A stretch of 64,000 nt of DNA from Bacteroidales bacterium (GTDB taxonomy: Bacteria > Bacteroidota > Bacteroidia > Bacteroidales > VadinHA17), in assembly GCA_034005245.1 (NCBI GenBank), contig JAVEVC010000001.1, positions 64,852-128,851 of the forward strand, in the 5' to 3' direction. The notes beneath the pieces were generated by a model. It was not told the DNA's origin. It did no database searches and saw only the letters and a program-made list of their open reading frames with translations. Numbering within the stretch: the first letter of the stretch is position 1; the number at the start of each line of letters is the position of its first letter. Shown here one piece after another: positions 57,721 to 64,000 of the stretch. The position numbers were made by a program, and so were the translations under genes.

Positions 57721-58329
57721 TTACTTGGAATATAATTCAACTATAAGTTGTTCCTTAATGTCTTCGGGGATATCGGCACGTTCCGGCACATTCATGAACT
57801 TTCCGGCCATTTGCGCATCATCCCACTCAAGCCATGAGAGCTTTGAGTACTTCCTTGTTGTCAGTGAATCGACTATTGTTTCGAGCGATTTTGATTTCTC
57901 ACGGATGCCTACAATATCACCAGGCTTAAGCTGGTATGACGGAACATTGACAATAGTTCCGTTTACAGTAATGTGGCGGTGTGATATTAACTGGCGTGAG
58001 GCTGCCCTTGTGGGAGCCACTCCAAAGCGGTAAACAACGTTATCGAGCCTTGCTTCAAGTAACTGAAGAAGAACCTGTCCCGTGACGCCTTTACTCCGGG
58101 ATGCTCTTTCAAATGTTTTGCGGAATTGTCTTTCAAGTACGCCGTATGTATACTTAGCCTTTTGTTTTTCCTTCAACTGAATCCCGTACTCGGATGTTTT
58201 CTTTCTTTTCTTGTTTATCCCATGCTGGCCTGGCGGGAAATTTTTCCTGTCGAGATATTTATCGGGACCATAAATCGGCTCACCGAACTTTCTTGCTATT
58301 TTTGATTTTGGGCCAATATATCTTGCCAT
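57721..58329 (-). CDS. rpsD: 30S ribosomal protein S4
   Basis: 202 aa. Starts [19 protein letters not shown] and has an S4 domain. Confidence 0.95.
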   Translation of the reverse strand: MARYIGPKSKIARKFGEPIYGPDKYLDRKNFPPGQHGINKKRKKTSEYGIQLKEKQKAKYTYGVLERQFRKTFERASRSKGVTGQVLLQLLEARLDNVVYRFGVAPTRAASRQLISHRHITVNGTIVNVPSYQLKPGDIVGIREKSKSLETIVDSLTTRKYSKLSWLEWDDAQMAGKFMNVPERADIPEDIKEQLIVELYSK

Positions 58330-58376
58330 TTCAATTTTGATTATTTACTTACAAAAATCCTTCAGATTTGCGGTTT

Positions 58377-58766
58377 TTAGACTCTTCTCCTTCCAGGGGG
58401 GCGGCAACCGTTGTGAGGCATGGGAGTAACATCAATTATCTCCGTGACCTCGATTCCCACATTGCTTATAGCTCTGATAGCCGATTCCCTTCCTGATCCG
58501 GGGCCCTTAACAAACACTTTTACCTTCCTCAATCCGAGGTCGTAGGCTACTTTCCCGCACTCTTCAGATGCCATCTGGGCAGCATAGGGCGTATTTTTCT
58601 TTGACCCCTTGAATCCCATTTTCCCTGCCGATGCCCATGAAATAACCTGGCCCGAGTTGTTTGTCAGGGAAATAATAATATTGTTGAAGGATGAATGAAC
58701 ATGAGCCTGGCCGTTTGGTTCAACTTTAACGACTCTCTTCTTCGCTGCTCCTGTTTTTTTTGCCAT
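58377..58766 (-). CDS. rpsK: 30S ribosomal protein S11
   Basis: 129 aa. Contains [19 protein letters not shown] and [14 protein letters not shown] motifs. Confidence 0.95.
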   Translation of the reverse strand: MAKKTGAAKKRVVKVEPNGQAHVHSSFNNIIISLTNNSGQVISWASAGKMGFKGSKKNTPYAAQMASEECGKVAYDLGLRKVKVFVKGPGSGRESAIRAISNVGIEVTEIIDVTPMPHNGCRPPGRRRV

Positions 58767-58773
58767 ATTCTAT

Positions 58774-59151
58774 TTATTTAGTAGCTTTTTTCTTGTTTGC
58801 AACAGTTTTTTTCCTGCCTTTGCGGGTTCTGGCGTTATTCTTCGTGCTCTGTCCTCTTACCGGCAAGCCCGACCTATGACGCACACCGCGATAGCAGCCT
58901 ATATCCATAAGCCTTTTGATATTCAGCTGGGTCTCTGAACGAAGCTCGCCCTCAAGCTTATAATTATCATTGAGGATGCGCCTGATAGAGTTGATCTGTT
59001 CGTCTGTCCATTCCTGGACTTTAACGTTTCTGTCAACTCCAGCTTCATCGAGTACTTTCTGGGCAATGCTTCGGCCCACCCCGTAAATATAGGTCAGACC
59101 GACCTCTCCTCTTTTATTTCTCGGCAAATCAACACCAACTATACGTGCCAT
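58774..59151 (-). CDS. rpsM: 30S ribosomal protein S13
   Basis: 125 aa. Starts [14 protein letters not shown] and contains CYRGxRHRxGLPVRGQ. Confidence 0.95.
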   Translation of the reverse strand: MARIVGVDLPRNKRGEVGLTYIYGVGRSIAQKVLDEAGVDRNVKVQEWTDEQINSIRRILNDNYKLEGELRSETQLNIKRLMDIGCYRGVRHRSGLPVRGQSTKNNARTRKGRKKTVANKKKATK

Positions 59152-59189
59152 AAAAATTTCTTCTTAAATAAGTTGCAAAATTAATCAAA

Positions 59190-59306
59190 TTATCCCTGTC
59201 TCTGTTTGAACTTGGGATTTTTCTTATTTATAACATACAAGCGACCTTTCCTCCTGACAATCTTACAGTTGGGTGTCCGCTTCTTTATAGATGTCCGTAC
59301 TTTCAT
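59190..59306 (-). CDS. rpmJ: 50S ribosomal protein L36
   Basis: Below the ORF-track cut-off. Minus-strand ATG at 59306 encodes [38 protein letters not shown] (38 aa), between infA and rpsM. Confidence 0.9.
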   Translation of the reverse strand: MKVRTSIKKRTPNCKIVRRKGRLYVINKKNPKFKQRQG

Positions 59307-59320
59307 TATTTTAATATTAC

Positions 59321-59539
59321 TTATTTATATCTGAATGTTATTCTTCCTTTCGTCAGATCATATGGCGACATTTCAACCTTGACCTTATCGCCGGGCAGAA
59401 TTTTTATATAATGCATCCTCATCTTGCCCGATATATGTGCAGTAATAACGTGACCATTTTCAAGCTCAACTCTGAACATTGCGTTCGAGAGAGCTTCGAT
59501 TATGGTCCCATCCTGCTCTATAGATGATTGTTTCGACAT
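59321..59539 (-). CDS. infA: translation initiation factor IF-1
   Basis: 72 aa. S1-like sequence: [32 protein letters not shown]. Confidence 0.95.
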   Translation of the reverse strand: MSKQSSIEQDGTIIEALSNAMFRVELENGHVITAHISGKMRMHYIKILPGDKVKVEMSPYDLTKGRITFRYK

Positions 59540-59546
59540 ATAATTA

Positions 59547-60323
59547 CTATTTATTTAAAACTTCTTCTATGAATTTAAATGTTGTTAATACATCAGCTTT
59601 ACCTCTGTCAACGGCAACAGCATACTCAAAATGTGCCGAGACTTGTCCGTCAACGGTCTTGATGGTCCAGCCGTCTTTCATCTGCACTGTTTCCTTTCTT
59701 CCCATATTGATCATAGGCTCGATGCAGATCACAAGCCCTTTTTCCATCTTCTGCCCGGTTCCCTTCCTGCCAAAGTTAGGAACTTCTGGCGATTCATGCA
59801 GTTTTTTGCCAATTCCATGACCTACCAGCTCTCTGACAACCGAAAATCCACCGCTCTCTGCTTTTGACTGTACTGCATTTGAGATATCACCTATTCGTCT
59901 GCCTGCCACTGCTTCACTTACTCCCTCTTCCAGTGATGCTCTTGTAAATTCCAGAAGTCGTTCAACCTTTTCATTAATCTGTCCCACCGGAAAAGTGTAG
60001 GCACTATCACCGTACCATCCATTCAGAATGACCCCGCAATCTACTGATATTATGTCGCCTTCCCTGAGCTCATACCTTGAAGGGATTCCGTGAACGACCT
60101 CGTCATTGACTGATGTGCAAAGCGTTGCGGGAAAGCCTCCATATCCCTTGAATGCCGGTATTGCGCCGTGATCTCTGATAAATGCTTCGGCAATACCATC
60201 GAGATAAAGTGTGGTAACCCCTGGTCGTATAAAAGAAGCAACCTCTGCCAGTGTTTTTGATACCAGCATATTGCTTTCTCTTAACAGACAGATTTCATCA
60301 TCGGTTTTTAAATGTAACATCAA
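59547..60323 (-). CDS. map: type I methionine aminopeptidase
   Basis: 258 aa. Contains HGIP, VDxG, GHGIG and the EPM metal-ligand pattern. Confidence 0.9.
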   Translation of the reverse strand: MMLHLKTDDEICLLRESNMLVSKTLAEVASFIRPGVTTLYLDGIAEAFIRDHGAIPAFKGYGGFPATLCTSVNDEVVHGIPSRYELREGDIISVDCGVILNGWYGDSAYTFPVGQINEKVERLLEFTRASLEEGVSEAVAGRRIGDISNAVQSKAESGGFSVVRELVGHGIGKKLHESPEVPNFGRKGTGQKMEKGLVICIEPMINMGRKETVQMKDGWTIKTVDGQVSAHFEYAVAVDRGKADVLTTFKFIEEVLNK

Positions 60324-60337
60324 AGAACGTAAACATA

Positions 60338-61666
60338 TTAAATAGCTGTCACAGCGCCTGACCTGCCTTTGATACGGCCCGATTTCATAAGACCGTCGTA
60401 ATGACGCATGAGCAGATGACTCTCTATCTGCTGAAGCGTGTCAAGCACAACTCCCACAAGAATCAAAAGTGATGTCCCTCCATAGAATTGTGCGAACTGC
60501 GGAGAAATTCCCGCTTTGACCGCAATAGCCGGTAGAATAGCTATAATCGCAAGAAAAATAGAACCGGGCAGTGTTATTCTCGACATTATCGTATCAAAAA
60601 ATTCCACTGTTTTACGACCAGGTTTTATACCGGGGATAAATCCGCCGTTCTTTTTCATGTCTTCTGCAATCTGAACCGGGTTGATTGTTATTGCGGTATA
60701 GAAGTATGTGAACAGGATTATAAGTATTCCTGTAACAAGGTTATACCAGAATCCGTACATATTGGAGAATGCAACCACGAATCCTGAACTTGAATTTGAA
60801 TATCCTGCGATTATGATGGGCAGCATCATTATTGCCTGGGCAAAAATTATCGGCATAACTCCAGCGGCATTTACCTTCAGTGGTATATATTGACGAACTC
60901 CCCCATATTGCTTATTACCAACAATCCTCCTTGCATACTGCACCGGTATGCGGCGTGTTCCCTGCACAAGCAGGATTGTACCCAGAATAACCACAAAGAG
61001 GATAATTATCTCGGCGATAAGTGCAATGGGTCCGCCCGCTCCGTTGAGCCTGGTTCCTGCTTCAAAAATGAAATTGGCCGGCATTCTTGCCACAATTCCG
61101 ATCATTATTATAAGAGATATCCCGTTTCCTATGCCTTTATCGGTAATCTTCTCACCGAGCCACATTATGAACATTGTTCCTGCAGTGAGTATAACCACTG
61201 AAGAGAACTTGAAAAAGAATCCGCTAAGCACGAAAGCGCTTGCAGGAAGCTGGGCTGAAAGATTAACAAGGTATGTTGGAGCCTGGAGCAGCAGAACAAT
61301 AACAGTAAGATAACGTGTATACTGATTCATTTTACGTCTACCGCTTTCGCCTTCTTTCTGCAGTTTCTGGAAGTAGGGAAAAACAATGCCCAAAAGCTGT
61401 ACCACAATAGATGCGGAGATATAGGGCATTATACCGAGGGCGAATATTGACGCCTGTGAAAAGGCGCCGCCGGAAAACATATCAAGAAGGCCCATTATCC
61501 CTGTTGAGGTCTGGTTTTTGAGGCCGGCCAGCTGAGAAGGATCTATACCCGGAAGTGTAACATACTTGCCAAACCTGTATAAGAGTATAATTCCCAGTGT
61601 GTATATCAGTCTTGCACGAAGGTCCTCAATCTTGAAAATGTTTTTTATGGTCTGAATCAGTCTCAT
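60338..61666 (-). CDS. secY: preprotein translocase subunit SecY
   Basis: 442 aa with 10 predicted TM segments. Contains GIMPYISASI and GGFIPGIRPG-like motifs. Confidence 0.95.
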   Translation of the reverse strand: MRLIQTIKNIFKIEDLRARLIYTLGIILLYRFGKYVTLPGIDPSQLAGLKNQTSTGIMGLLDMFSGGAFSQASIFALGIMPYISASIVVQLLGIVFPYFQKLQKEGESGRRKMNQYTRYLTVIVLLLQAPTYLVNLSAQLPASAFVLSGFFFKFSSVVILTAGTMFIMWLGEKITDKGIGNGISLIIMIGIVARMPANFIFEAGTRLNGAGGPIALIAEIIILFVVILGTILLVQGTRRIPVQYARRIVGNKQYGGVRQYIPLKVNAAGVMPIIFAQAIMMLPIIIAGYSNSSSGFVVAFSNMYGFWYNLVTGILIILFTYFYTAITINPVQIAEDMKKNGGFIPGIKPGRKTVEFFDTIMSRITLPGSIFLAIIAILPAIAVKAGISPQFAQFYGGTSLLILVGVVLDTLQQIESHLLMRHYDGLMKSGRIKGRSGAVTAI

Positions 61667-61670
61667 GAAA

Positions 61671-62117
61671 TTATAGTTTTACAACGGTGCCATTCAGTGC
61701 TTCAATAGCTGCAACAGCCGATTTACTGAATGCGTGTGCATGTACTTCCAGTTTTTTTGTAAGAGTTCCTTTCCCCAGGATTTTGACAAGAGTGTTCTTG
61801 GACACATATCCTGATCCAAGGAGGGTATTAAAATCAATTTTTTCAAGATTGTTTCTTTCTGCCAGGTCCTGAAGGGTCGCCAGGTTAATGCCCTTGTATT
61901 CCTTTCTGTTTATGTTCTTAAAGCCATATTTCGGAATACGTCTCTGCAAAGGCATCTGACCGCCTTCAAACCCGATCTTCTTTTTGTATCCAGACCGCTG
62001 CTGGGCTCCCTTATGTCCCCTTGTAGATGTTCCTCCCTTTCCGGAACCTTGTCCCCGTCCAAGGCGCCTGCTTTTCTTTACTGAACCTTTTGCGGGTTTT
62101 AAGTTACTTAAGTCCAT
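61671..62117 (-). CDS. rplO: 50S ribosomal protein L15
   Basis: 148 aa. Starts MDLSNLKPAKGS and has a Gly/Arg-rich N-terminus (GRGQGSGKGGTSTRGHKG). Confidence 0.95.
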   Translation of the reverse strand: MDLSNLKPAKGSVKKSRRLGRGQGSGKGGTSTRGHKGAQQRSGYKKKIGFEGGQMPLQRRIPKYGFKNINRKEYKGINLATLQDLAERNNLEKIDFNTLLGSGYVSKNTLVKILGKGTLTKKLEVHAHAFSKSAVAAIEALNGTVVKL

Positions 62118-62143
62118 TCCTATAGTTATAAATCATTTATTCG

Positions 62144-62323
62144 TTAAATATTCTCAACTTTAACCAGGTGGCTGATCTTTTTAACCATTCCGAGTATCTG
62201 CGGGGTGGCTTCATGTTCAACACTTTGGTTAAGTTTGCGGATTCCCAGGGCGTCCAGCGTCAGTTTCTGGCGCTGTGGTTTTCCTATCCTGCTTTTTACC
62301 TGGGTGATACGTATTCTTGCCAT
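62144..62323 (-). CDS. rpmD: 50S ribosomal protein L30
   Basis: Just below the ORF-track cut-off. Minus-strand ATG at 62323 encodes MARIRITQVKSRIGKPQRQKLTLDALGIRKLNQSVEHEATPQILGMVKKISHLVKVENI (59 aa). Confidence 0.9.
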   Translation of the reverse strand: MARIRITQVKSRIGKPQRQKLTLDALGIRKLNQSVEHEATPQILGMVKKISHLVKVENI

Positions 62324-62336
62324 CGATATAAATTTA

Positions 62337-62852
62337 CTAACCGTTAAAAACTTTTTCCATGGAAATACCTCTGTTTTCAGCTACTGAAAAGGCATCGCGC
62401 ATTTCCATGAGGGCTGCAAAGGTTGCCTTAACCAGGTTATGAGGGTTCGACGAGCCTTTTGATTTGGCAAGCACATTTTTGACACCGACACTTTCGAGGA
62501 CAGCACGCATAGCCCCTCCGGCCTTTATTCCCGTACCATCCGATGCCGGTTTGATGAATACCTTGGCTCCTCCGAATTTGGCAACCTGCTCATGAGGTAT
62601 TGTTCCATTAATAACGGGAACCTTGATCAGGTTTTTCTTGGCATCTTCTATGCCTTTCGAAATAGCAGTGGTTACCTCGCTGGCTTTCCCCAGTCCATGC
62701 CCAACAATGCCATCCTCATTACCTACAACAACTATAGCTGAAAAGCTGAATGTACGTCCGCCTTTTGTTACCTTGGTAACTCTCTGGATACTAACGAGCC
62801 TGTCTTTGAGCTCGAGATCGCTTGTCTTTACTTTTCTTATACCGTTTCCCAT
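62337..62852 (-). CDS. rpsE: 30S ribosomal protein S5
   Basis: 171 aa. Contains [18 protein letters not shown] and GTGIKAGG motifs. Confidence 0.95.
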   Translation of the reverse strand: MGNGIRKVKTSDLELKDRLVSIQRVTKVTKGGRTFSFSAIVVVGNEDGIVGHGLGKASEVTTAISKGIEDAKKNLIKVPVINGTIPHEQVAKFGGAKVFIKPASDGTGIKAGGAMRAVLESVGVKNVLAKSKGSSNPHNLVKATFAALMEMRDAFSVAENRGISMEKVFNG

Positions 62853-62858
62853 AGTTTA

Positions 62859-63218
62859 TCAGAATTTTAAACCGCCTTCGCGTGCTGCATCTGCCAATGA
62901 CTTTATCCTGCCATGATATTTATATCCGCCTCTGTCGAAGACGACCTGATCTATTCCTTTTTCCCTGCATTTAGCAGCAAGGCTCAACCCGACAAGCTTA
63001 GCCTGTTCAGTCTTCTTAATACCTTTTTTCCCGGCGATATCCTTTTCCTTTGAACTGGCGGCAAGAAGGGTAACTCCCTTCTGATCATCAACAACCTGGA
63101 CATAAATCTGCCTGTTGCTTCGGAATACCGCCAGCCTTGGCTTTTCAGCAGTTCCGCCAATCTTCTTCCGGATCCTCATTCTGATCCTTGTTCTTCTTTC
63201 CAACTTAGTTAAAGACAT
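62859..63218 (-). CDS. rplR: 50S ribosomal protein L18
   Basis: 119 aa. Contains [14 protein letters not shown] and FDRGGYxYHGR motifs. Confidence 0.95.
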   Translation of the reverse strand: MSLTKLERRTRIRMRIRKKIGGTAEKPRLAVFRSNRQIYVQVVDDQKGVTLLAASSKEKDIAGKKGIKKTEQAKLVGLSLAAKCREKGIDQVVFDRGGYKYHGRIKSLADAAREGGLKF

Positions 63219-63248
63219 ATTTTAAACTTTTAACTTTTTTCCATTCAT

Positions 63249-63803
63249 CTAAGCGCTGGCAGATTTCCCGGCTTTTCTCCTGAGCTGTTCACCAACGAAC
63301 TTGATACCTTTGCCCTTATATGGCTCGGGTGGACGCAGCGACCGTATCTTTGCCGCAACATGTCCGATAAGCTGCTTGTCAATACTTTTCAGGGTAATAA
63401 TGGGATTACTTCGCCTTTCAGTCTTGGTTTCCACGGAAACCTCCTGGGGCAGTTCCATTACTATATCATGGGAGAAACCCAGGCTAAGCTCGAGCATCTG
63501 TCCCTTTGCCTCGGCACGATAGCCTACGCCAACAAGTTCAAGTTCCTTCCTGTATCCCTGGGAGACACCAGTTACCATGTTATTTATAACAGCCCTGTAA
63601 AGGCCGTGCAATGACTTGTGGTTCTTTGACTCCGTGGGTCGTGAAAGGACAATTGTATCGTCTGAAACCTCAACCTTTATATCTTTGTCAACTGCCTGGG
63701 TCAATTCGCCAAGCGGTCCTTTAACGACAATCATGTTGCCGTCAGTTATATTTACGGTTACACCCTTCGGAAGAGTCACCGGCAATTTTCCTATCCTCGA
63801 CAT
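63249..63803 (-). CDS. rplF: 50S ribosomal protein L6
   Basis: 184 aa. Starts MSRIGKLPVTLPKGV and contains PEPYKGKGIxF. Confidence 0.95.
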   Translation of the reverse strand: MSRIGKLPVTLPKGVTVNITDGNMIVVKGPLGELTQAVDKDIKVEVSDDTIVLSRPTESKNHKSLHGLYRAVINNMVTGVSQGYRKELELVGVGYRAEAKGQMLELSLGFSHDIVMELPQEVSVETKTERRSNPIITLKSIDKQLIGHVAAKIRSLRPPEPYKGKGIKFVGEQLRRKAGKSASA

Positions 63804-63818
63804 TAATCTATCCTCCTA

Positions 63819-64000
63819 TTAGTAAACATAACATAATACTTCACCGCCAATATTCTCTTTCTTTGCCTCCTTATCGGTCATCAGTCCTCTCGATGTTGAA
63901 ATGATAGCTATACCCAGACCGTTAAGCACTTTAGGCATTTCTTCAACACCTGCATATTTCCTAAGGCCGGGCCTGCTTACTCTTTGTATCGATTTGATGG
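63819..64000 (-). CDS. rpsH: 30S ribosomal protein S8, C-terminal part only (5' end beyond the right window edge)
   Basis: Minus-strand frame reads ...[59 protein letters not shown], then a stop at 63819-63821. Confidence 0.9.
   Translation of the reverse strand, partial: IKSIQRVSRPGLRKYAGVEEMPKVLNGLGIAIISTSRGLMTDKEAKKENIGGEVLCYVY

Overview
AT-rich, Bacteroidota-type chromosomal segment. The assignment rests on gldD/gldE, a T9SS C-terminal sorting domain, TAnnTTTG -7 promoter boxes, a uppS-bamA-skp-skp block, and an spc/alpha ribosomal operon without adk. The window is densely packed with housekeeping genes. From left to right these are: futalosine-pathway mqnD/mqnB, queD-folE, fabD, korAB, murI, the envelope block (skp, bamA, uppS, beta-barrel OMPs), and nadK, pdxJ, udk, manA, engB, prs, L25, pth. 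They continue with lipid and redox enzymes, an M19 dipeptidase, dsbD, rng, HU, ssb, gldE/gldD, a PPTase, a GGGP-synthase homologue, an AP-family phosphatase and a T9SS-targeted M14 carboxypeptidase. The right side carries ychF, hisS, a hybrid sensor kinase, a UbiD-family (menaquinone) decarboxylase, eno, and rplQ-rpoA-rpsD-rpsK-rpsM-rpmJ-infA-map-secY-rplO-rpmD-rpsE-rplR-rplF-rpsH. I saw no tRNA, rRNA, CRISPR array, transposase or integrase. Four things stand out. (1) The largest non-coding gap (53948-54771) holds an independent transcription unit for a roughly 450-nt, G+C-rich RNA on the minus strand. It is multi-hairpin with four cUUCGg tetraloops, has its own -7 box and intrinsic terminator, and a perfect 26-bp palindrome lies upstream. 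I could not match it to RNase P, tmRNA, 6S, SRP or a riboswitch by eye. (2) Two giant tandem paralogues (990 and 1148 aa) sit downstream of korAB. Each fuses receiver-like domains to a PPDK_N-type ATP-grasp and a divergent His-domain, and neither has a PEP/pyruvate TIM-barrel. (3) A three-gene envelope operon of unknown function includes a protein with an extreme YYSPY tyrosine-rich repeat and lies divergent from a hybrid kinase with a degenerate ATP-binding domain. (4) Three small genes are absent from the ORF track: bS22-like, L36 and L30. The ORF track uses non-ATG starts, and several starts were trimmed to downstream ATGs.
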